NCBI RefSeq assembly: GCF_018977255.1
Contig: NW_024704743.1
Location: forward strand, 107,138,001 to 107,202,000
Origin: Callorhinchus milii
Taxonomy: Eukaryota
Reading direction: 5' to 3'
DNA: 64,000 bases
Both the position numbers and the translations under genes were made by a program. Below the pieces are notes generated by a model. That model saw only the letters and a program-made list of their open reading frames with translations. It ran no database searches and was not told the origin of the DNA. Below are positions 52,901-64,000 of this stretch, piece by piece (positions within the stretch are counted from its first letter, which is position 1; each line of letters begins with the position of its first letter).

Positions 52901-55755
52901 CCTTTGGGGAGAATAGTGGGAGCTTTACTTTGCTTATAACTGTGCTATACCTGACCAGGAACTGCTTGATGCTGACATTGGTTACATGGAATGAAAAGGT
53001 TCTCCTTTGCCCCGGTATTAACATTTGTTCTTTTGACTAGTGCAAAAAGAAGAAATTACAGTATTTTCAATGTGACTGAATATACTACGAGTCCAACTTC
53101 CTATCCGATCATACAATGCATTTATTTAAAAAAATAAGATTTCTTCAACCTACAAAAAGGTCAATATAAATAGTCCATGACCACTTTGACTACGCATTTC
53201 CAGTAACTGTTCAAGTGCAAGACTTTAATATAATTTACTGTAAGCTATCTTTAATGTAGAAATATGAAGTAAAATTGATCTCCCACCAGAGTGCAATCAT
53301 TAATAATAAAATGTTTTCCCTTAGAGCCTTAGGTGTAAGGTTTTAGCACAATCTTTTGGAGATTTATAGCAACTTTTTGAACTTTATACTGGAGTGTGTT
53401 TTTTTTAATCTTTGCTGCTGGCTGGAATAGCAAATGGCTATTTTCAGAAGATTGCATTGTCTTTGATCACCATTTTTTGCAGTTTCCTTTTTGTAGTTTG
53501 CGATTAACTGCTGCAAACGTGCGGTTTTCTCTTTCATGAGGTGACTAACAGCAATACCATTCTGTGTGGAGAACATGTTATTCTTATACCTTTTAAACCA
53601 CCTACAAGTTTCCTGTGTTTCTTATCTGAACAGCCATCAGCCCGTGAACTGACATTTCAGTTTTCGAAAACTCTGTAAAACTGACAGGAAAAAAAAGAGA
53701 CTAAAGTAATGAGAGAGGCTTGACAGCATCTTTGTTGGAGTTTGCTAATAAAAAGAGAGTCCTCGGGCTGCCCTGAGACTGACAATCTGAAAGTAGCGTC
53801 CAATTGTTTTGTAACAGCTGGTAAGCAACAGGGTGTTTAACTGATTCACGGAAATGGCAGGTACTGTAGTTACAGGAATGTTACCAGTTACAGCTGTTAA
53901 AGAATAAACAGCAAGTCAGAGCTTATCCTCACCGTATTAATCTTTTCATTTGACAGGTAGTCAATACTATACTTCTGCTAACTGCAGGACAAATGTAGGT
54001 CGTCAAGTTTTGACTTGGTTTTCATTATGATTTGCATACAGAATACAAGCCTGTAATTGGAACAGAGATAAAGAATAGAGCTCAAGCTCATCCCTAACCA
54101 GTAACTCTAAGTAGCGAAAAAAGGAGGAGTTTAAAGCTTTCATCCTTTTTAAATCATATTTTTATTTCACAAAGATTGAACCTATCCTACATTATCTGAA
54201 TAGATTATTGTGCAAATATTATTGATATCCTAGGATAAATATTTTATACTCTGCATTCCTCTAGAGGATGTGCATTATTTTACTGATAAATCGTGTTGTT
54301 CTATCAATACAGTACACTACAGGAGACTCTATGTTATGTTTTGTTTACACCAAAGAGGAATTTCAACCTCTTTATAACCTTGGCCCAAATTGGAGCAAAA
54401 TTCTGTGTGCTGTGTTGCGGCTGCAAATTTGCAATAGTCACATAGATTAGGGAGTATATATGCAAGGCACATGTAAAATTCTAAATACCTTTGAAATTTT
54501 CTGCTCGTCACCTTCCTAGTGCCGAATGAATGTAATTTTGAGTGTATAAGCAGTGTATAGCATGGTTCACAAGAAGCAGCATGCAGAACCACAACTGTTC
54601 TCATTTTTCGGCCACAAAATATACAGTAAATTCACTTTACAGTATATTCTGTGAAGCCCTTTGAGACGGCCCAAAGATGTGATAAGGTGCCATATCAAAT
54701 GCAAGGATTATTATTACTTTTGGAGATCAAGAACAGAGAAGGTTGAGCTGCAGCCAAGAAGGGTGCTGAAAAGTCCAATTGAAGAAAATCTATTGCAGAA
54801 GTGTCATAGATGGTAAGTTATTCATTACCTATGTGTTGGAAAGATCCCTACAAACCCACATGGCCTAAAGATCCCCGGTTTAGGCCCCTGGCAAAACATC
54901 CAACATATTGGTCACAACAGTGTCCTAACCCTAATCTTTTCCTCTCCAAGAGCTCTGGTACTGATATTGCTAGGAAAACCCCAGTTACTATGATTTCTAA
55001 GTCTGGTGAGAAGATGTCACTGGGAGGCAGAATAGATTGCAGAAAGGTAACAACATGCCCACATGAAGCATCTCTATCAGTTATTGGGGCCCAGGGAGAA
55101 AGAGATATGCTGGAAAGTCTTTGTCAGTTAGAAAGACTCTCCAGTCGAGCAGACTGCCTTCAAAGACTGCGTCTGTCAAAAGATGAAGGCTGGAAGCTGG
55201 CCATCAAGATCCAATGCTCCCTGTTGACCTGAAGGTGACCATTGCGGCATAAAGAGGTAGGAAGCATGGCAATAAGACAGAGTCAATGCTGTTCCAATGT
55301 CTTGGAGTAACTGGTAGAAGGTTTGTAAGAAACTGTTCACTTTGAAAAAAGTAACCAAAGCAAATCACCAATATTGCTGTACAGTAGAACCACAGCACAG
55401 ATTTACGTGAAGTGCACTGACTAACTTTGTGTACGATTTGCAAAGATATCCTGACAGAGAAATATTAGCAATGCTTTACCAATGAACTAAATGAGAACAT
55501 AGAAAAAATGGTGCATATTACAACAAATATGCTACGGAAACTAAATGTACTTTTGGATGGACTTTTTATGAGACGTTATCGTGTGTCAGTCATCATTATT
55601 TCTATGTTCAAAGCCAAGTACATAACAGAAGCACACAGACAGCAACAGGTGTGGGGGTTACACCTCCCCCCACTTCCCCACACCTGACCTCAAACATTGA
55701 AGAGAAAATGGCTGATTTGTTTGAGCGAGAGACTTTGATAAGTGCGGCGAATCCG

Positions 55756-56035
55756 AGGCCCCAAGTTTCACCTAGTCTTAGCCCCTGTGATCGTTTTGTC
55801 TTCAAACTTATGACTGCGCAGAACTTGTAAGTTCAGTCTTAAATTGGAAACACATTCTCCTTAAGAAGTGAGTCTGCTCTTTTCTGAGTGAGTCCTGATT
55901 AACTGACCGACAAAGAACTGTAGAAAACAAGCTCCCAAATTAAGAGTGACTGTAAACTGTTTCTAAGTTCTGTGTAATCTTAAATTTTAAGGCAAATTGA
56001 TCTTACAGGTTAAGACTAGTTGAAATTTTGGGTCT
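55756..56035. mobile_element. Palindromic MITE with long imperfect TIRs
   Basis: AGGCCCCAAGTTTCACCTAGTCTTAGCC...CAGAACTT pairs with AAGTTCTG...GGTTAAGACTAGTTGAAATTTTGGGTCT; partial copies at ~43915-44018 and ~46640-46755. Confidence 0.7.
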
Positions 56036-57909
56036 GTGGCTTTCGGGGTGATGAAAGCACCTGTGGTACATCCCATACTATTTGAAAATCCATCCACTCT
56101 TATAGTGAGCAACCACATCACAGGAAATATAATGAAAGCACCACTGTTGTATCAGCACAGTATAGCTTTGCAATGTTGTGCCCAAATGGATATGCTTTCA
56201 TTGTGATAAGGTGCCATTTGTTTTCATTGCAGAACATAGGCAACCTAATAGAGCATCCAATTCTACACTAAGTGTCTCCTTAAGAACCCTGGCTTCCCCA
56301 CATATCTAGGGAGGAGATAGCTGAGGTCCTAGTATAAATATATGTATTTATATATGTATATTTAAGAGCTCTGTAGAGACTGGAATTGTGCCAAAGCCAG
56401 GATAGCACCACATAGCAACATCTCCCATGAGACCTGCTTCCATTCTTCTTTTACAAAGAGCTATTGATATGCTCACAATAAGAATCATACCTGGGAACAA
56501 TGTGTTGCTCTGCATTATTTCCCTGTGGTGGTCACCTCCAAACTGCACGTTAATGGGATGGAAGCTTTTCCTGTCCATATTTGCCACTGCGTCTGTGGTG
56601 TGAGCATGGCTGGCTCCAGCATCAACTGTTCTTTTGGGGAACAAATGATTTGAAAGGGGTGTAGCTGCCTCTGTTATTGGTGCATGTTGCTGAGATGCAC
56701 ACATTGAGATGCCTGCCCCGGCAAACCTTCAGTTACAGCTGTAATACAGTAAACTAACCGATTCAGTAAGATAGCGGATTCCAGACATGCCCCACTTGTT
56801 GGATTCCCAAATGCCTTGGAGGTTGAGGACAGCAGCCACTTTGGACACAGGCAGGGAATCCTAATGATGGCCAACATCTACAGGTCTTAACAGGTCTTGT
56901 TTCCTGTTTGTGAAGATTTTCCGTAACATGTTCGGAAAGGTAGGAACCTCAGGAGTTGTGTCAACCAATTGTTTGGTGGGATTCTCCTGTTTGCATTCAT
57001 TTCCATTTTTATTAAAATTACTGAACAGAAACATCTAAGGTGCACATTTCCTCTGGTTATAGATCTTGAAGCTTATAATGAGATAGTATACCATCTGCAC
57101 TGATATACCCTCTTCATCAGATATGCCATAGGTGAACGTATGGGTGGCAACATGAGGACCACCCCTTACAAGCACACAATGGCAAGGCTGGTAATTCTAC
57201 TGACCAAGAAGGTTTCAACCCTCTCATGGCTCATAATTCTCAATAAGACAGCTCTAGAGATGCTTTTCCCCAGTAAAATTGTGCTGCTATGATTCTGAAA
57301 ACTACAACTAACAGAAAATATTCCAGGCAACAAGGAGGCTCATTAAAGTCACCTACCATGACACACAGCTCGATCCTTATGGAGAAAAAAATCACCAAGT
57401 AAATATATAGTAAGGTGGATACAAGTCTCATAGTTTCTGAGACATAGTGAATCCTTTCATAGTGAAACCCGTGAGCTGTTAGCTCATATTAATATATATC
57501 ATAGTACTGTAAACATGTCAAGTATGACTCAGTTGGTATGAAATGTTGCAAGTATTACATCATTTCTGAGAAGTTGTGGATAATAATCTTACTGCAAGGT
57601 TTTGTATTTAAATATCACTGTTAAAAGCAACTTTAAACAAACGGTTATTAGACGCCTCCACTTAATTCTCCCTGTAAATGAAAGTTCAGTTGTGTTTTCT
57701 GTGTACTTTTACACTTTAAAAAGTAAAGAGTCTGAACTTTCTTTAGTGCTTCATAGACATTAGGGTCTATTTATTGTGATACATTCAATGTATAACACAT
57801 TGTATGTATTTTGGATGTGTCAGCGGTGGATCCTATCCCCCACATCAATGGCAGTGCCTATGAGAACGAATCACATATATTACATTATATTGCAATATAC
57901 AAGGCAGTA

Positions 57910-58920
57910 CAAAATTACATTTGTAAAGTGCCTATCACGTCAGGAGGATGTCCCAAAGCGTTGGATGCTCAGGGATTTGGACCCAAGCAGACAGGGGGGT
58001 TGGGTTCAAGGAGGATGGAGAGAGGGGATGTAGGAGGGTGGCTAAAGGCACGGTCGAAGAGGAGAGTCTTGAGATATGCCTTGAAGGAGGCAAGGGAGGG
58101 AGCGAGGCGAATGGGAATGTGGGACGGAGTTCCAAAGGGTGGGCGCAGAGAGACTGAAGGCTCAACCGCCGATGGTGGCGCTGGCCATGTGGAGGACATA
58201 GAGCAGATCACAGCCTGTTCAGCAGAGGGAGCGGACAGGTTAATATAGGATTAACAGGTCACAGAGGTAGGACGGGGCAAGACCATGGAGGGCCTTGAAG
58301 GTAAGGACGAGGATTTTGAACTCTATCTTCTGGGGGATGAGAAGCCAGTGGAGCGAGGGTGGGGGTGATAGGGTCATGGAGCCTGTTGTGGAAGAGGACA
58401 CAAGCTGCAGAGTTCTGCATTATCTGTAGCTTGTGGAGGGAAGAGTTGGGAAGGCCGACAAGCAGAGAGTTGGAATAGTTGAGCCTAGACGTGATAAACA
58501 CGTGAATTAAGGTTTCGGTGGCCTGAGGGGTGAGGCAGTGGCAGAGCTGGGCGATGTTGCGGAGGTGGTGAAAGGCAGAGTGGGTCATGGCATTGATGTT
58601 GGAGAGAAAGGATAGTTGAGGGTCAAACAGGATGCCAAGGTTCTGGATTGGCTCAATGAGGTGGAGTGTGCATCCTTGGATAGTGATGCTGTCAATGCCT
58701 GAGGTGTGAAGGCAGTGACTGGAGCCAAGCAGGAGAGCCTTGGTCTAATTGACTTTCAACCGTAGAAAGTTAGCTCTCATCCAGGACTTGATGTCTGACA
58801 GACACTTTGTCAGGACAGCAGTGGTCCTGGAGTCAACGGTGGAGGCAGAGAGATAGAGTTGGGTGTCATCCGCATACATGTAGAAATTGACCTTAAGTTT
58901 ACGGATGATGTCACTGTTGT
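57910..58920 (-). mobile_element. L2 LINE, RT C-terminus and 3' end
   Basis: [56 protein letters not shown]. Confidence 0.9.
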
Positions 58921-59372
58921 GATCCTGAAATTGTGAATATATGTTAAGCCATGTAATTGAAAACATTATTTTAATCAATGGTTAGAAATGCTTATGTTGA
59001 ATAGACACCAATTTGATTTAATGTTTAAAAATGATGATGTAGGCTAGAAAAATGTCAAGAAACGTGTTTATTACAACTGACGTTTGTTTGAAGATTTTTT
59101 TTCGTAACAAATTCATGTTTGTGTTAAAGATGTTCTCTATAACTAATCAAGTTTCTTAACAATTCTGAGATTATAGCCTGAGGAAGATGTTCTTCTAACA
59201 ATAACACTTCTGCAGGTGTAGTAATTCATATGAGATGATTGCTTCAAGGACATGATATTGGAAAGATTTTGCATTCTCATCCTGACTGTGGAAAAGAACA
59301 TTATAAAAGATGAATCGTTGAACTTTAATTTGTTCAGCCTAGACAGAGCATATCAGGTGCTGTCCACACAAG

Positions 59373-59693
59373 TGGAGTCCTGTAGCTCAGTAGTTAGAGC
59401 ACTCGCTTTGCAAGCGAGAGACCTGGGTTCAATTCCAGGCAGGGCGAAAGCTTGGGAAAGTTTCCTTACTCCACACAGAGCCTAATAATAATCCCTCCAA
59501 AACCAAAAACAATAATGAAATTGGTCATTTTCTATCTACGACTGTTTGTGGGACATTGCTGTGTGCAATTGGCTGCCGCGTTCGCCCACAAATATGCAGT
59601 CAATTCACTTTACAGTGTGTTCTGTGAAGCGCTTTCGGAAGTCCTCCCGACGTGAAAAGCGCTATATCAAATGCAAGGATTATTATTATTATT
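59373..59693 (+). mobile_element. Young tRNA-derived DeuSINE
   Basis: Full head, Deu core and tail. Confidence 0.92.
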
Positions 59694-60399
59694 AAGTGCC
59701 ATGTTTCATGTGATGATATGAAGTGGTAAAACAAATGTGTTTGTCTTCAGGCTTAAAATCTGTCAGACTTGACTGTTCCATCGTTTCATCAACTTTCGAT
59801 GACTCCAGCAATTTTAAGAAGAAGGAAAATTGCAGAAATTCCAGAACATCTGAAATCGTTTGAAAAGTAACAGAAGGACAAGAAGTACACAGATCAGCTG
59901 TACACCATTGCAGATTCAACTATGATTTTGTAATCAATGAACCCAAGCAAGTTGTTTCAGATCTGAATCAAAAGACTTTTCGTCTGAATCAAGACTTTTG
60001 CCTGCTGTTTGTGAATTTTGCCAACTGACTTTGATATGGACTATATATGGACTTTGATATGGTCTATGCTAGTGACTTGCTTGTTGTATTTGTTATAATT
60101 GAACTAACAAACTTTACATTTCTTATCAAGTAAAAGAATTCTCAAAGCTTGAGTTGCTGAGTGTTTTTGAGGAGCCTGGGGTTGCCCTTGTATAATTTTT
60201 GAAGTTTTGATTATGCCAGGTAACAGGATACCAGCTACTCTTTGTTTTTTGTTCAGTAAACGTAAAAAGCCAGCATTCAAACTCCTGCAAGTTCCACAGT
60301 CCGTAAGGCCAAAGCCACAGAATCTGTTCTCGGGTCATTTGTTAAAAGTGAGCTGAATAGAATAAGTTGGTTTTATTCTGTTCATTGTCCAGAACTCAA

Positions 60400-61240
60400 C
60401 ATCACCAAGAGGGAGCATGTACAAATTGAAAGGGAGAGGGCCGAGGACAGAGCTCTGAGGAACACTGCATGAGACGGTGGGGGAGCTGGAGGAGAAGCCG
60501 TTTGTGGAGACAAAGGAGAGACGGTGTGAGAGGTAGGATCTGAACGAGTCAAGGAGAGAACTATGAAGGTTGAGGTGAGAGATGTTGGAAGAGCATAGAA
60601 TTGTCAACGGTATCAAAGGCAGTAGAGAGATCAAGGGAGACGAGGAGACAGAGGGAGCCCTGATCAAAAATGGACAGAATGTCATTTGTCATTTTGACCA
60701 GGTCTGCTTACGTGCTGTGGGCAGCATGGAAACCTGGTTGGATAGGAAGTGGCGTGAAAGGAAGAAGTGAAGCTGGGAAGCAACTACTCGTTCAAGGATC
60801 TTGGAAATGGAGGTTGGAGATGGGGCAGTAATTTGAAAACAGATATGGGTCCAGGGAAGGTTTTTTGAGGATAGGGGTGACGATGGCTGTCTTCAACAGT
60901 ATGGGAATGGTGCCAGTGGACAGGGAGAGGTTATGAGGTCTGTGAGTAGGGGGGGAAGAAGGTGGAGCTAGAAGTAAGGAGAGGGGTAGGGATGGGGTTG
61001 AGGGAGCAGGTGGTGGGTTTCATGTGGGTTGATATTGTTGAGAGAGGATTGAGAGATGAAGGGGAGAGGTTCGAAAGTGTGGAGGGAGGGATGGGTATGC
61101 GCCAGATTGCGTGAGGAAGATGGGGAGGGGGTGTGGTTGGAAGGGCAGAGGTGGGTGAGAGCATCCCCTGATTTTGGTCTTGAGGAAGTTTAGCATCTCT
61201 TCTCAGTTGGAGTTGGACGAAAGGATGGGTAAGGTGTGAA
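60400..61240 (-). mobile_element. Internal L2 ORF2 fragment
   Basis: [41 protein letters not shown]. Confidence 0.8.
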
Positions 61241-62914
61241 AGGGTGGGTGGAGGAACCGGTTGTTGGGGGTGAAGAGGAGCCTGGGGTTGTCCTTGTATA
61301 ATTTTTGATATGCCAGGTATTAAAGGTCTTATGCCAGGTAACAGGATACCAGCTACTCTTTGTTTTTTATTCAGTAAAAGTAAAAAGCCAGCATTCAAAT
61401 TCCTGCAAGATCCACAGTCTGTAAGGCCAAAGCCAACGAATCGTATTCACTGACATTGCCATTGAGAACCGTGTAGGTGGGTCCAAATGCAGCACATCCA
61501 GACAATACTCAATGTGATAAATATCAAAGGTATCGCTAGATTGTCCACATTTTCGATAAATGAGATAATGGACTCTAAAACGTGCTAGTTATAAATCAGA
61601 AATTGCTGAGTTAATTAGAAATCGCATAAGATTTTAAACTAAATTGAGAAAGTAAATACTTGCAGATGCACCAATTCTGCAGAATAAGCTGTAGGATTGC
61701 AAAGGGCAATTTCAGGACTGACACCAGAAAGTATTTCTTTACCCAGAGAATAAATTTATGACTGGTTACCAGGAAGGGTGTTTGCGGTCAGGACACTGGA
61801 CTCATTAAAAGTCTGTGGTGTTTATTTTGGTCGGCCAGGTGTCTGACACATACAAAAAACGATCTTTTTTTTGGCCAGTCGGGTGTCTGACAGATGCGGA
61901 AACCCATGACTATGCTTAAGAGTATCCAAACTAAGCTGAGATTTCCATGAATCCCAGCTACACAGGTAAATCCCAGAGATAAGATTGTTGGAATGGAATG
62001 TGCACTCTTTCCCTAGAGGGACACATTCCTGCTTACCTTAGTCCAGAAAGTATTAGGCGCAGGTTGGCAAGAGCTAAGGCTTGGGGAACTCAGAGCGTGC
62101 GTTGTGGTACTGCTGGAGTCTAACCAGCTAAAACTGCTTAGCTTGCCATTGATATCAGTCTGATGGTGATGCCACTCATGCCACCTGCAGTGGCCAGGAC
62201 ACTGGACTCATTTTAAATAAACAGTTCAAGGCTATGTTGTTTATTTTGGTTGGCCGGCTGTCTTGACACGAGGAAACCCATCACCATGCTTAAGAGTATC
62301 CAAGCCAGAATAAGAGTTCCATTCATGCCGTCTACACATGAATGCTGTGATGGGTAGATGGCTATCCTGGAAGGTTGAGATCAAATGGGCTGAAGGGCTT
62401 TCTTCATACAAATGTGACTTGTAATCTTGTGACTACTGGTTTGTGAAACATGCAGTTCAGATCCCAGTATATATTTTTAAGGGTGTAATATGATGTTTGT
62501 TTGAAATTCATCTCTGGTCGGGCAAGGAAAGAGACATCCTGCAGGTTTAGATTTACTGTAATAACATTATCATCCAGTAAATGACTGAAAAATGAGTCCA
62601 AATTAATTTCTGGTTTTATGATAGATCAAAACTTGGGGTTTTCCCTAAACGCCTGACCTTTTTTCACACTTTGTTTTCCAGATTTGAATATTATGCTCAT
62701 AATGTACTAATGCTTACTATCTGAGTTAATCAAACTGAATCCGAGTCCTGTAACACTGTAACACTGACACCGTTTATTGAATGCTAAGAATCTTCACAAA
62801 ATCTTCCATCTGGAAAGTACAGTAGTGAGGTTTAAATGAGTAGCTTTGCTTATGATGCCCATGAGCTTTGAGATGTTTTCTTCACACAACAGGTAAAAGT
62901 AACTTGTATTGCAT

Positions 62915-63085
62915 GACAAAAGGCAAAGTACTGCAGATGCTGGAAATCTGGTATAAATACAGATGTAGCTGGGAACACGCAGCAGGTCAGGCAGCATCCA
63001 TGGAGAGAGGAAAATGAATTATCATTTCAGGTCAATGACCTTTCGTCAGAATTGAACAAAGGTCATTGAGCTGAAATGTTAACTA
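62915..63085. mobile_element. Penelope-like element terminal-repeat relic
   Basis: CTGCAGATGCTGGAAATCTG...CAGCAGGTCAGGCAGCATC...GGAGAGAG resembles the abundant chondrichthyan Penelope-type repeat; local inverted repeat at 63023-63043 / 63058-63078. Confidence 0.6.
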
Positions 63086-64000
63086 ATTTTCCTTGTATTG
63101 TATGATATTTGGTCCAGTCTGCGATTAGTGCAGTTAATGCCATTAGCTTCTTACTCATTAAAAAAAAGTTTGTTGAATATTCCTGGGTCATCCTATAAGA
63201 GAGTTTTAAATGGAAAATGGGAGCCGGCCCACTGCAGGGATACAGTCAGAAGGCAATGACCCATCTCCTGAATCCACCAAATGGTATCAGTAGCAGGGCT
63301 CCAGCAATGATTTGTCTTGTCTGATCCCCTTTTTATACCCCACATTTGGCCAAATTTTGAAAATAATCAACACAGGTTTGGAAATTACAGTATAATTACT
63401 GTGATTACGTAGTTAAAACTATACTTTGTTTGCATTCAAAAAATACAGTTTTCCTGGAGCAAAGACAATGAATGACGAATGTAATGTACTGTACAACAAA
63501 ATTCCACATAGAGTAAGAATGGAGATTGAAGAATTCGATGGCAGGCTGAAGTCTAAACATATGGGATTTGTACATTTTCAAATCTTAATGGTGGTCTAAT
63601 GATTTGTCAACATAAAATATTCTTATTCTATTGTGACAGTTTTATTTTTATGTATAAGTGCACCTACAATCTACAGTCACTACACTTGAAATCTTGCGAT
63701 GCTCTTTGATACAACCTCCCTGCATGAGAGGCACTATATCATATGCAAGGATTATTATTTTAATTATTATTAAGCATTGACAGACATATCTTGCAAAAAG
63801 GTTGTAAAAATATTATTTTTTTAATGGGCTTTTTAAACTCACATATTAGTCATTAGAATCTGTGATTTGAATATTTTTCCATGGTTTAAATTGGGATTTT
63901 AAAGAATGTGATTTTTTTACCCTTTTCTCACTGGTTGGTAAATCATTTTGGTGATATGAGCTTATGATGGGATTTTCCCATTACTAGGTCAAACAACCAC

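Noticed and set aside
54800..57240. ORFs of 118-140 aa (54810-55232, 56348-56704)
   Set aside because: No recognisable domain or consistent splice structure; probably decayed repeat sequence.

Overview
This is vertebrate genomic DNA, most likely from a cartilaginous fish (possibly a holocephalan). That assignment is inferred from the repeat landscape: tRNA/Deu-domain SINEs with L2-type tails, CR1 and L2 LINEs, and a shark-type Penelope relic. The only protein-coding gene I can support is the 5' part of NSMAF (protein FAN) on the minus strand. Ten coding exons between 24883 and 5477 all have GT-AG boundaries and splice in frame to 666 nt / 222 aa (MAFVKKRKRSRERFSLLLLDLEEYYF...[29 protein letters not shown]); the gene continues beyond position 1. 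Directly upstream of the ATG lies a ~1.8 kb C-rich/G-rich minisatellite. The rest of the window is intronic or intergenic sequence (in human, the interval towards TOX). It is dense with nested retroelements: a near-full-length decayed CR1, several L2 subfamilies, young and old DeuSINEs, a solo LTR, MITEs and an unidentified repeat family. I found no convincing novel multi-gene system. The best leads are the promoter-position G4-type array, a 39-bp G·U-tolerant hairpin, a candidate orphan exon, SINE tail-loop subfamilies, a hammerhead-like relic and several nested insertions. Repeat boundaries are by eye and approximate.
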